This document shows positions 23,401 through 37,100 of a DNA stretch of 64,000 bases, in pieces (positions within the stretch are counted from its first letter, which is position 1; the number at the start of each line of letters is the position of its first letter). Origin of the DNA: Tubulanus polymorphus (lineage: Eukaryota; Animalia; Nemertea); contig NC_134027.1 of the NCBI RefSeq assembly GCF_964204645.1, positions 25,444,560 to 25,508,559 on the forward strand, given 5' to 3'. The notes beneath the pieces were generated by a model that saw only the letters and a program-made list of their open reading frames with translations, was not told the DNA's origin and made no database searches. The translations under genes were made by a program, and so were the position numbers.

Positions 23401-25511
23401 GGTCACTCCCTACTTTAGGATAAAGATAAACTCTTTGAGAGTTTTTGAAATATGGGAAATGTAAAGCTGGGGAAAATAACGTTTCTTCTTGCGTTTGGAC
23501 AATAGACGGACAGAACTCTTGCTCGTACTGGCAGACAGACAGACAGAACTCTTGCTCATACTGGTAGACAGACAGATGGACAGACAGGACTCATGTTTGC
23601 ATTGACAGACAGATGGACAGGACTCATCCTCATACTGGTAGACAGACAGATGGACAGACAGGACTCATGTTTGCATTGACAGACAGATGGACAGGACTCA
23701 TCCTCATACTGGTAGACAGACAGATGGACAGACAGGACTCATGTTTGCATTGACAGACAGATGGACAGGACTCATCCTCATACTGGTAGATAGACAGATG
23801 GACAGACAGAACTCTTGCTCATACTGGTAGACAGACAGATGGACAGACAGGACTCATGTTTGCATTGACAGACAGATGGACAGGATTCATCCTGATACTG
23901 GTAGATAGACAGATGGACAGACAGAACTCTTGCTCATACGGGTAGACAGACAGATGGACAGGTAGGACTCATGTTTGCATTGACAGACAGATGGACAGGA
24001 CTCATGTTCTCGCAGACGGATACTCTATATATTCACTGTACATACAGCTGATCACTGATCGATTGTTATTCTTGTTCCTCGTTAAAATTCCAAGAATTTT
24101 CAACGTGTTGACGTTTGTTTGAAACCGATTCAGTTTTACATTGTGGTATATGAGGGCGAGGGCGCGTTCCGCTGCACAGCAGGACACTCACTCATTCACT
24201 AGTGGCAGTGACTCCTTCATCAAACATTTCAATTTACTCCTATTATGATAAGTGCAGTGATTAATAATGTGGTTACTAGAAATATCAAAAATTGGCGGAA
24301 TCCGGAATGTTGTTAGTTTTGACATGAGAAATAATAGAATTATGAGTGAAAATGTTTTAGATTTGAATGGAAGAATTAAAGTAGCCTAACCATATTATAG
24401 AGTCCAATTATCCACCACACCTGAATGTTGTAATCATTCCATCAAAACAAGGGATGGATTTAGGGTCTTATTCAGGGAGGGGCGCACCCCAAAATAAGGC
24501 GCGTCATATAATCAAAAGGGCACCCCGAAAGAAAGCTCATCGGAAAACATTTTTTTTTTTGGAAATACAGAGCAAGCTTATGAATTAAAGCTTTTTTAGG
24601 TATTGGTTCGATATTTTTCATTTTCCCAAAATGGGTTACTTGAAATTAGGGGTAGTGTGCACCCCTGCACCTTCTCTTGGATTTACCCCCTGAAAGATTT
24701 TCACCGTTTCTAATTGTTCTATATTTCAGGAGAAAGTTACGGTGAACTGAACGGATACGGCTTTTACAACGTGCGAAAACGCAACCCGATAATCAGCAAG
24801 TTGATCTCATCGTCGGGCGACGTGCGGCCGGCGCGACCGATCGCGATCAGTCTGCCCGAGGACTTCCGTCGCGTGTCGGCGATCATCGACGTCGACGTCG
24901 TGCCCGAGACGTGTCGCCGCGTGCGACTGATGAAAAACGGCTCCGATAAACCGCTCGGGTTCTACATCCGCGACGGCACGAGCGTCCGCGTCACCGAGGA
25001 CGGACTCGAGAAGGTCGCCGGTATATTCATATCGCGGCTCGTGCCCGGCGGACTCGCCGAGAGCACCGGCCTGATCGCCGTCAACGACGAGGTCCTCGAG
25101 GTCAACGGTATCGAGGTCGCCGGGAAAACCCTCGATCAGGTCACCGATATGATGGTCGCGAACAGCGCGAATTTGATCATCACCGTTAAACCGATGAACC
25201 AACGGAACACGCTCGCCGGTCCGCATCGTCGCGCCGCGCAAAATAGACAATCGACGATCTCGCAATTGTCGTCGAATTCGCAACAATCGAAACAATCGCT
25301 GGACAGCGATGAGATAAACGACTACACAGAACAGCCGCAGCAGCAGCAGCAGCGGGCGGAAAATACTGATGGCGGAGAAGATGAAGTAGATGATACTACA
25401 GCTGCTGCTGTTGCTGCTGTTACCGTATCGACGGATAAAGCGAATGATGATGCGAATGATGATAATGTTGAAGATGAAGGTGATAAGGATAGTGCGGTAG
25501 TGACGTTATAA
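20467..25511 (+). CDS. par-6: Partitioning defective 6 (PB1, semi-CRIB, PDZ)
   Basis: Exons 20467-20571, 21034-21256 and 24730-25511. Motifs: [68 protein letters not shown], and a C-terminal VVTL. Confidence 0.97.
21340..22400. repeat. Satellite-like array of ~70-80-bp units with pol III B-box-like motif, in par-6 intron 2
   Basis: Recurrent ACACATCCTCCCTCAGCAG(G/A)GATTC(G/A)AAC and CTGATGACATCTTGAGACT...ACAAACCC, with alternating A/B unit variants. Confidence 0.85.
23503..24008. repeat. GACA/GATG-rich compound minisatellite
   Basis: Repeated GACAGACAGATGGACAG...GACTCAT units. Confidence 0.9.
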
Positions 25512-26796
25512 AACCTCGACCAATATTGTTTATTCATGGATTCCGTTCGTGCAAGTGTTGGATTTATATTGAATTTGTGCTGATTCATGTTGCGGCGGCC
25601 ATATTGCTCAATTTCAATGAATTATTTGCCGACTTTGTGTCAGTAGAAACTGTGGGAAGCAGCCTGTCGTCTAATTGGCTCAGATTAGAGCAAACTAGAG
25701 CTATGATTGGCTGTTAGCTATGTTCTTATGGCTCGAATTAGCGAGGCAGAACTGTGATTGGCTCAAATAAGCAGACCAGAGCAATGATTGGCTATTTAAG
25801 CTTCGTTCTAAGTGGCTCAACAATTAAGCTCAGTAGATTGGCTTTTCGTAATGGCTCTAAGCAATCTAGAGCTATGATTGGCTGAAATAAGTTGCCGTGC
25901 TCAGAATGGACAAAATGAGCAAATAAGAAGATTTCTTATTGGTCGAAATAAGTGTTTATATTCCACCATCATTGGTCATGAATTTATGTACAAAATCAAT
26001 GAATCAGTTGTTCCAAAATATTAAATTCGCACAAATATCAATTGAAAAATTTGATTTCTCTGTGTTTGAGAAACGGGTGAACTTACCACAAAGAATACTG
26101 TGAATTCACTATTATAAACATATCAAATAGTTAATTATTATCATCATATTAATTGATTATTCATTAGCATTCCTTAATTTATATCTAATAATCTCATCTC
26201 ATCTATGAATCGCATTTGATCATATGATGATATTTCGATGATGTTTTATTCAGAAAATCGATTTTTATATTTTCTGAAAAAATGTTCAGCAATAAGGTTG
26301 TCAGAGACGCTCAGAACAAGACTTACTACTTACACTCAGTTTGTGATCTTAGGTCCTGTCCGATTGCCCGGGACAAGTATATTCTCATTTGGACAAGTAG
26401 GTTATCATCATTACTCGTCAGCCTGGCTGTTATAAAACATTTTCATGTCTGAAAGTCAATCGGAGTGCCTGTGTAGGGCAAGTTGAATTTTGAGGGGGCA
26501 AGTGAAATTTCAGATATGCTTGCCTCTGGGCAAGTGGCTGGGCAGTGGGCAAGCATCCTCTTAGACATTTGATACTTTATCACAATTCTTCCAATATCAT
26601 CGTCTACATTTCACGAGTGTTCAAGACTTCACCAAACCTGAGACATTTTTGATTGAAAATGAACAAACACCAGACATCAGACATTTTATCAGCACACTTT
26701 CAACTGATCATCTACAGTTGAATGAATGTCTGGGGAGGGTGGTTTCAGGCTGCAGGTTAAGATACTTACAATATTGATTTGAGCAAAATGATATAC

Positions 26797-26890
26797 GGTA
26801 GGCAATTCCCGCAAAATTCAAAAATGATTCATGGTAGGCAATTCCCGTAAAATTCAAAAATGATTCATGGTAGGCAATTCCCGTAAAATT
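26797..26890. repeat. 36-bp tandem repeat, ~2.5 copies
   Basis: GGTAGGCAATTCCCGTAAAATTCAAAAATGATTCAT repeated. Confidence 0.85.
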
Positions 26891-28029
26891 TCACGAGTGT
26901 AAATAGCTATATTTTCGAAACGACGCCAGATCTAGACCTGCCTTTCGTATAAAGTAGTACTTAGAGAATATACGATGTATTGCAGTATTATTAAAATCAC
27001 CGAAAGGCTGCTGGTTCTGCTTTTCGATGTATGTTTATATAGTGTATACCGACATGTATTTGAATATTGTATGAAATGATTTTAACAAATAGATGAAAAC
27101 GATGATGATACTGTAGTGAGAATGAGAGTTGTTGAGATGACTCCGCCCGCCTGCACGCACGTCTGCCCATATTGACAGACGGAAGGAGAGTTTAATTGTG
27201 TATATATTTGATAAGCTCAGCTCATTCCATCCAGTAATTTATTATTCTAGATTAGGTGTATTCGATATCGTACATATGATAACCGAGTTAAAAGGCACAG
27301 TGATTAGGCTAAGATAAAATGATACCTTGTTTCTCTAATCAGTCATCGCAATGATATTTGTAATTAGGTGGTCAATGAATTAGAAACCAAGTTTAGTTAG
27401 TGTCGAGGATAAAAATTTGCTTACAAAACCACAGATTTAATGGTTTACCGAGATAAACGGTACCGATTTAGGAGGAGTCTACAGTAATTGGGATTTGAAA
27501 GTGATGCAAATGCTTCCTTGAAATTTTCTCCTTTCAAAATCCTTGAAAACTTGTTATATATCGATGAATAATTGATTTTTAGGGACCGTGATATAGAGAA
27601 TGTATTTTCTAAAGTCTATGGTTTCCGAGGATTTATATCTAAATCAAACAAACTAATTTGACAAGCCCCTGAAGGGGGTCCTGAAACTAGGTGACCCCCT
27701 GTTCGTAGTTTGATTGTAATAAGCTCATTGTCTACGGCTATGTTATTGTTATGTATGGTGTATTGTATTTCTCTTACACGGAGCTGGTATTTCTGATGAC
27801 TAACTGATTGTTAATCAAATTCCACGGCGCTTTACCCTCGAGCGAGGAGCTCCGGTGGTCGTCGTTCAATTATAGTAATCCAATCTGACTACTATCGGAA
27901 AGAAATTTATATGTATGTGTTCGCACATACGACTGTACAATAGGCACGTTCATAGATAATGAAACGTTGGATATGCGTTTAACTTGCGAAGTCCCTGAAT
28001 CCTGGTAACCCAGCAAATAAAGGGTTTAA

Positions 28030-28303
28030 CCCTTTCAGCGCGTCTACACCGCAGTGCAGTGTATAAATCAGTGATAGATTTTGCTAGTTCACCGCACTGC
28101 AGTGTATTGATGTAATTAGTAATTATGAAAAATGGCAGCACCTGTCAAACATAGTGAAATATTAGTAACTAACGATACACCGCGCCGCAGTGTAGATGCA
28201 CTATAGTGCTATTCCTGTTATTCAACACACTAGGGTGGAATTTTTTAGAATTTTCAAATAATCTCCGGCACTAAAGGGTATTAATTAGTCAGCACTGAAA
28301 GGG
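28030..28303. mobile_element. Intact piggyBac-like MITE with TTAA target-site duplication
   Basis: TTAA|CCCTTTCAG ... CTGAAAGGG|TTAA, with internal TACACCGCAGTGC(A/G)GTGTA palindromes. Related copies lie at ~2195-2295, 9277-9580, 36671-36920 and ~58170-58320. Confidence 0.85.
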
Positions 28304-29929
28304 TTAAGCCCTATGCAGTACAGTCAGACTCCGGTATTTAATTTCCCGGCGCAAGGGGCGCAGGTTTCATGCACATAGTACAATAAATCCTCCCGTTTGC
28401 CTCGAGTGAAAACTTCTTTTGAATTGCGTTGTTGTTTGTTTACCTTTGCTCTGGTTCGTTGTGTGTTTAATTCATGAAAGTAGATTTAAGCTTTGAAGTT
28501 TTTTAAGCCTTTAAAGTAAACCTCTGGTTGCACGCCAGTTCCACAACTATGATTTAAGATATGGCACTGGTTGAAAATGAACAAGTCAGTAATTGCGTCA
28601 GTTGGAAAAGTTGGGATCAGCTGATTTTTTCTTGCAGAAGATTTTATATAAAAATCTGTGTATTTCTAAGATTCTGCTAAATGTACTTGTTTAGCGTATT
28701 CTTGGTAGTTGTATTTGAAAAAAAACCTGTAATCGTTAAATTAAAATCCAGCTATATTTTGTGCTTGTATATTTGAAATTGATTCTATTTATGAAAAATC
28801 GAATTCCTAACGCAGATAACCATTCAAATCGAATATATTTCCTACTTGGATATCGCTCTCAAAAGATCCGACTTGAGCGAAGTCTTCTGTCCTATTCAAC
28901 TCAGATATCACTCTCAAGTCGGATTTTTTTCCCATAAGATCCGACTTGAGGGCAGTGTGATGTAGAATATAAAAACCATGCTCCGACGTTTATACTGTGA
29001 TTAAAATCTAAAATCGATTCTGTCCACAGAAGAAATGTTTGCCATTTGTAAATACGAAATATGTATTGCTATTTTAAATATATATTTATCGCCGCATGAT
29101 TTATTGTAAATATACACGACATAAAACTTACAAAAAATAACTATTCAAATTTTTATATTCACTATTGAATTATACAAATATTTACGTCTACGATATACAC
29201 TTCAAAGCGACCAATCTTCAAACCAGGGTCCGCAGTTGCTCAAAAGTTGAAGATAACCAGTGGATAGTTGACATAATGACAAGCCGGTGCTTGTTTCGTG
29301 AAAAAAAAAACGTTTTTCTGTTCGGCATTTTTTGTGTTTTGACTTCAAACCAAGACGGCAAAACAAAACACATCGAAAACGTTTTTCACGAGGAAATAAC
29401 ATTTTTTCCGGGGCCGTGTGCGTCGGGCTTTGCTATGGTATTTATCAACCATTTACTAACTTTTGAGCAACTGTAGCCCCAGAATTATCAATTACTGCTC
29501 TACATACAATTATGCACCGCTTTCTTGACTCAGTTTCGGAGACGACAGTTTCAGAAACGCTCTGGATTTTTTTACCGGGGGAATTTTATTCTCTGCAGTG
29601 AAAATATTTTATATTTTGTCGCCGTTTAAAAACTTCGTATACGACACATTTGTGCACTTTGTAAATATAACTGCAAATACAGATTTAATAAAATGATGCA
29701 ATGATGAATGATAATTTGAGGCTTGTTTTTGTGGCTGGTCTTTGAATATTGATAATTCAGTGAAGGAAAATGGAGGATTGAGGTTTGATGAATCAGTCTG
29801 TGTTAGAATTGAGGAATTGGGTCTACACAAGTCTGTGGCTTCGGTCGGTGAGTAAGGTGAGGCGAGTCTCAGTTAGTGAGGTTCTGAGATAGAAGAAGCG
29901 AGTCTTGGATGGGTTGAGAGTCACTTGAG

Positions 29930-30020
29930 GATGGATCATCAACTCTCTGGGATGAATCAGCGAGTCTCTGGGATGGATCAGCGAGTCTCTGGGATGGATC
30001 AGTGAGTCTCTATGGATCAT
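29930..30020. repeat. 21-bp tandem repeat
   Basis: TCTCTGGGATGGATCAGCGAG, about four copies. Confidence 0.85.
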
Positions 30021-31119
30021 TTGTCTCTAGAGATGTGCTAGTGAAAGTCTCAAGTGGTTTATAAGTTTTCTTCTCTGGCCACTCTTCCTCCATTGGGATA
30101 AAAGAAACATTGAACCTGCTTGTAACAACCTCTATGGTGCAAGTCAAGAGTAGCTAAACAAAAATTGAAACTTATACCTAAATCATCCAACAAATAATTG
30201 GAAATGAAATGCATGTAAACATATATTTGAAATATTTTTTATTCTACTATTTCGTTGTAGTATAAATATCACATTTGTTCTATAATATTGTGAATAGAAA
30301 AATGTACACCTTAAACCATACTACTCTAGCTGAAAACAGTCAAAAGTTCCAGGTACGTGACAAAATGTCCAAACCTTTTACTCAATTCCAGTGTCAAATT
30401 TCCCCGTCAATTGGATACTGGGTCTACTGTCCATATATAGTAAAAGCTTAAACGAACTGGAACAAATCTCTATTGACTAAACATATATATCTATTCCCTA
30501 TAACTTAAATAAATCAGAATAAAACATTTAATCGTATAAAAATAATAACTATCATCGTAAATTATCATACTATCTTTAAGCAGTATCCGTTTCAATATTA
30601 ACCCGCAACCATCACAAAAATAATAGTGACAACAACTAGAGTAAAGTAAATAAATAGATTTTTGATTTAAGAATATATTGCTAGTGAGTCAAAGCGACCA
30701 CTATTCAAACCCTTCATTCACTGTAAAAGCCTTCAATATACATATTTATATCTACGTTGTTTCTACGCAGAAACATCATGGACGGAATAATTATCAACAC
30801 TTACATTATGCATGTGATATTTCAACATATCGTGTATCGTTTTTCACCATAACAACGGCAGAATGCAGACGATCCATTCCATAGTTATCTATGATGAAGT
30901 AACTGGTAAACTAGGGGCGACTCCAGGAGTTTCATCAATTTGTGGAACTGTGATCTTCTGAACCCACAGAACTATAGAACTGGTTCAGAGTTAAAATAAG
31001 CCTACACAACTGTGGAACTGAGTTCAGTTACACCCACACAACCATGGAACTGGATCCACAGTCAAATTAAACCCGCACAACTGTCGGCTGGACAAATTCT
31101 GATCAGAACTCTATGAATT

Positions 31120-34100
31120 CTAGAATGTGTAAATATCTTTCTTTCCTTGTCGAATTCGATCTAATTGATCGAGTTCTTTTTTCATCAGCCATTCCTCGTA
31201 GGGAGTTTTCTGTTTATCGGCGTGTGTTTTCAGTAGCGTTCTGATTCTCGATTTCACGTCCTGTTCGTCATCCGGTTGGTCACCGGCAGACGTACCTCCG
31301 CCGTCCTTGAATCGTGTCACGGCGACCTTCGACGATGATTCTTTCTCTTGTTGTTGATTCATCCATGATTCGTAGGAATTTTTCTTCGCCAACTCAACGC
31401 GTTTTCTAAAAAATAATCAATCGCAGAGATGAATAAATTCTGACTTCTCATTCTACACAAGCCGGCAGCTTGTAGACACTTAAGGCTCCCTGGTCAACCT
31501 TACATATTTAGACTGGTTTCAAGATTCAGAACCAATAAATGGACTCAACATGTTCACTGCCAATGTGTTTCTTTCCAGTCACTACTACAAGTGATCTGGT
31601 TGGCAAAAGAGCTATTACAGAATCAGCGTTCGTCCAAATACTGACCAATTCCTATTGCTGGCCAATCAGGAAGAACTGTGTCATTTCAATTGTCAGAGTG
31701 CAGATATCAAACAGCGAATAAGATTAAGAAGGATCAGCCACTAGATACTAGTAGTGTTCCTGGTTCTAAAGTTGCTCAGTCAATTTCCATAAATGGTCCT
31801 GAATCTTAATATCTATCTTTGTTAGGTCGCAAGTCTTTCCTATGCCAAATTCAGTTAGTTTAGGACTGACAAAAGCAGTCAGCTGTAGTTAATTGGTAAT
31901 GCATAACCGATATGATGAGAAGTTTCCAGCATTTGGGTTACATTCATAGCACCATTGGCTCTTCAAGGCAGAATTAGTAGACTACATGTCATAGGCTCTT
32001 GTGTGCCTAAAACTTTGGTACAATCAGCTGAGGCTAGGATGAGATACCAGTGCCCACTGCAAAAGGAGTGTAACATCTAGAGCGAATAAAAGCAGCTATA
32101 TATATTCATCAATAATGTTTTGCCTATAAGCAGCGCCACCTATACAACTTACGGTGGCGGCGGCGGCGGCTCATTCTCTGCAGTTGGTTCTTCGGGTTTT
32201 TCAACTACTTCTCTGAAAGTGACACCAACCACGACCGATCAATTCATATACATACCGGTATACCAGACAAGTATTTCATAAGATTATAAAACCAGTTTTA
32301 TAGACTGGTATTACCTTTAACCCGGGGGCTAACTTAATTGAAAATGAATTGAGTTAGCCCCTGGGTTGAAGGTAATACCAGTCTATAAAACCGGATCGAG
32401 CATTTTATGTACCCTTTCTTCACAAAACCTGGACATGGTCCAAAGAATATAGAAATTGAATTTTCTATCGCTGTGCTAAAATGCTATAAGGAAAGTGCAA
32501 CTGAGCAGAAAGAAACAAACTCGAAATTTACATTGAATTTCAAACACTTCCGTTTGAAAGCACGATATTTAAAAATTCATACACAACAAATAGAAAATCC
32601 ACTGAAAAATCAACGATGAGGGATTAATATGAACAAGAATGTTATAGCCTGCTTGAGCTGTGAGTGGCCTCGGTACATATTGTAGATCCATCTCCGTTGA
32701 ATAAAATTTACATCATATTATCTAAAATACATCAAGAATTCTCTTCATGTATTTTTTGATACTGAAATGAAAAAGAAAAACAAAATTGGAGACCAATGAC
32801 ACTTTGGGTAAAAATAAGAAACATTCAACGTACATTTATTGGCTATTATCGATGAAATAGGGCGGGTTCATGGTAGAGTATGCGTATTAGTCTGATCTTC
32901 TTGTAGAGCATTTCCTAACTAAGGAAAAACCTGAATCATACTTCGTGAAGATGAGAAGTGACAATAAATGTCAAAAATAGACGTGCAGCCTGTTGCCATG
33001 CCAATGTAAGATTGAGGCCCAATTTAGGCAGTTTTAATTGGTTTCTACTGTTTCTGGAATTCTGACGCGTCCGTTTTTACCAGAATACACACTCTACCTA
33101 TTCTGGAATAGTATAATCTGTAAACCTGATAATAGCGTCCATTAGATAGTATGAAATCTGGAATTGATACTCCTAAACTGAAATACTTTCAATTGAGACA
33201 TGCTGTAGTTAAAGTCTCCCTTCTGAATTTTAAGCATCTGATTATCTCACGCAAATTCTACAAACTGAATCTACAGTACATGAAACACTTAACAGCGAAT
33301 AAAAGCTACGATTATTTAAAGCCTATCAAAGCAGCGCCACCTATATTCAACTTACTGCTCTCTATCGACAGCTGCTTCTTCGGTTTTTTCAACCTTTTTC
33401 CTGAAAATTTCCGATTAATTCTACAGTGTTTTTTTGGAGAATTTACAAAAACTGAAGATGAAAGTTCTGCACGTTGTCCATCATGAATAGCCTTCACACA
33501 CAGCATGATCCTATGGGCAACAACAACACCAGATGGCGTGATGAGCACTCTGTCTGGCGTCAAGCTTTAAACTGAATCTTTAGGCTATTGAAACAAAACA
33601 TTATCACAGGATCCTCCAAATAATATACAATAAATTCATTTTTTACGCGGTAATTGGTAAAGTTTTCATCGATGATTGATTTATTTCATAGAAAAGCTTG
33701 TTTGATTTTAAGTGGAGTAATTGAACGCAGAATACCTAGTAACTACTATAGCTAATTACTATAGCAACACCAGGTGGATCCTTGCTTGCCATAATTGGAA
33801 TCCTCCATTGCCACAGTAACATTGGAGGTTCCCGATTCAGTTTTCCCAAACCCACTCAGAGAACCGTTTCAAAACCGAAATACAAACCTTTCTTCGTTGA
33901 TTTTACATTTCTCTTCTAAAATCGCTTTTTCCTGCATCATTCGTTGTTTCTCCTCGCGTCGTTTTACTGTCAGCCATTCTCGATACGTCTTCGGCGGGTT
34001 CTTCCTCTGAAACCCGTAAACCCTGAAACAAACAACAGCATGACATACTAAATACTAACTTTCGTCTGATTATCAAGGAATGATGATAATAGTTTTAAGT

Positions 34101-37100
34101 GGATAACCAAAAATTCTGATTTTCAAAAATAAATTTCGACATTTAGATATTTCAACTTCTTCGCTTCATGATTGTGGACTTAAATATAAACGTACGAAGT
34201 CAAATAAAACGCTTTAATTTGTTTCAACTGAAGATAGATAAAATTCCCACATTTAAAAATTTATGAGATTAAATTTTGTAGATTTAGTAAAATGAAACCA
34301 CAACATTTCATCACTTACTCATCAAAAACAAATCTCCTGAGACGATTGCTTTTAGCGGATCCGTCGTTCAACTGAGAAAGAACCTCCTCGGCTTTCTCCG
34401 AGAGATCCTCGATATCGACGGGTAACGGTTCTAAACCCGCTAGCGTCCTACCGGTCACGCCGTCGACGCCACCTCCGACGCCCTCGCCATCTCCTGAACC
34501 GAGCGTTTCGTCGTCGTCGATATTCACTCTCGATCCACTTCGTTTTTCTACAACATCAAGAAACATCCCTATAATATATGACTTCAGTGTCTGTCAACCA
34601 GTCACACCATTATAGCTTATTTCCGAATGGTTTTTTATATTAAGACTGGTAGTTATGTTGAAAATTTAACAAATGAACCAAAATGAGCTTAGACTGGTTT
34701 TATGTTATCAGATTGGGTATAGAACCAAAATCAGCTTAGATTATCCCAGTTGTTTGGTTATAGGACCAGAATCAGTCATTTAGTAAGATTGGCAATAGAA
34801 GAACCAAAATCAGCTTAGACTTTCCTAGTTTGATTGGTTGTAAGAATGATCATAAATCTTAACCCCTGACTGTACAGCTTGAAATAATCAGAATGAAGAA
34901 TATTCTAGCAAGAAATAACGGTTCAAGGACTTGGGATCATAGACAAATATTTCTAGAGTTTTAGTTCATCTTGCAAAAAAGTTCTGGCACCCCTTGCCAA
35001 AGTGTAAACTTACCATTATTCTAAGAGATGAGTAAAAAAAACCCAGAAATGATTGCTCTTAATAAACTGTTTACTAGGTTTTTGGATCAAAATTAGCCCA
35101 GTCCGTGCTCATTCCAAGTCTCGATCTAACCCTGACATCAAATAAAAATATTGTGAACCAATCAACAAATATTAGACTTACTCGGAGGTGACTTCGCAAG
35201 CAACGACTTCAAATAATTTTTATGTTGATTTGCTTCGAGCTCTTGCAGACGAACTTCTTTCAACGCGTGTAACATCGTCTCGCGACCTATTTGAACTTGC
35301 ACGTTGAAATCGACCGTTTTCTTCGCATTTTCGCGTTTGTCCTTTTTGCGTTCGATCGGCGCCGAACTCGGGCGCGGGCCGCGTTGATAGCCGGGTTTAC
35401 GCGGCGCGTTCAGGGCGCCGCTTTCGAATTCGGACGGCGGTAGAATGTGCGAATAGTAAACCTGCGCTTGTGGTCCTTGAAGCCAGACGGGCGTCGACGA
35501 ATCGAAGTACTGATGCGCCAACAGCGGCGGGTTTAGAAACTCGGGCGTTAAATTCGACGCGCGTTTTTGCCATTGAAATAGAAATAAATGTCGTTCGCAG
35601 CCTTTATGACCGTATTTACCGGCGATATTCAACGCGGTGTTCCCGTCATTGTCGACTTCATTTATGTTTGCGCCTGAAAAACAGCGGAATTCACATAGAA
35701 AACAGGGGTCAGAAATGTCAAATTTGTTTTTGATTGCATCTGCAAAACAGTGGTAGATATTAGATAGAAATCAGGCAGGGATTACTTCACATTGTCAATG
35801 AGGACAATAATTCAAACTTAATTGATTTAAGCTTTAAACTTTCTCATCAATCCAGAAAGCGGGAATTTCCATTCTGCAGATTCCTACCTTTTTCTAGTAA
35901 ATAAGTGATGACTTTGCCGTGACCTTGCGACGCCGCTACGTGTAACGCCGTCCGACCGAGTGGAGTTTTTGCATCCAAATTCACACCTGAAATAATTTTT
36001 CAAGACGGTTCAAGTTCAAGGATCAAAATTATCGAAATGAAAGGAATACCCTGGATCCATTTTGTGCTTAAAAGTCAGTTGAAGTTAACCCGTAGTGATA
36101 ACTGACTGATACAGTGATTATTAAAACTGTATTTGTAAAAGTGTTATTTCTGGACCCAGTTCCATTGAATGTAAATAGGCCTAGTTAAAATTAGCTCATT
36201 GACCCTCAAGTCAAATCTCAAATGATATCTGTGAAACTGTGTCACAGTGCCTACTTAACTTAACCAACAATTTAGTAATTCTAGGGTCAAATGATCGGAA
36301 ATGAACTCGATGCCAGTTTTGAGTTAAAAGTTTGACTCTTAAGATGAACTGATTCAAACTGGATCCATAGATTCAAAATCGCATTAAAAAGGTGGCAGGA
36401 TAAAAGCGTTTACCGGCGATAACGAGTTTGCTGACCATTTTCATATTCCCGCGATGAGACGCCATGAATAACGCGATGAACGCTCTTTCGGCTAACCACG
36501 CGTCGCGCGATCGCTGACTCATATAATCCAACGTCGGCGTTTTATAATCCGTATCTTTAGTGACACCCAGTTTAAACAACTATTCATACAAAACAAAATA
36601 GAATTCAAATCTAAATTCAAACATCAATTAGGTAACTTTTTTTCTTTTCAATTTTTCAACAACCGACATTTTAACCCTTGCAGTGCATCTACACCGCAGT
36701 GCGGTGTATAAACTGGTGATTGACATTGCTAGTACACCGCACTGCGGTGTATTGATGTAATTAGTAATCATTTTATATTTATATTGAAAGATGACAGCGA
36801 TGGTTAAATATAAGTAACTAACGATACACCGCACTGCGGTGTAGACACATTGTAGCACTATGCCTGTTATACAACACACTAGGGTGGAATTTTCAAATTA
36901 TATCCAGCACTCAAGGATAAAAGCATGATGTGTTTAGTCTTCAGAAAGGCTCAATATAGTATTTTATGATGTCGTAGGGGGATTATGGTAGTAGCTATCT
37001 CTTCAGAAATTACGGCACCTCATAACCTATGATTTGATTCAAATAATTTATTTCTATTAATGATAACGTACCCAATCACTATCACCAATAGCAACAGCTT

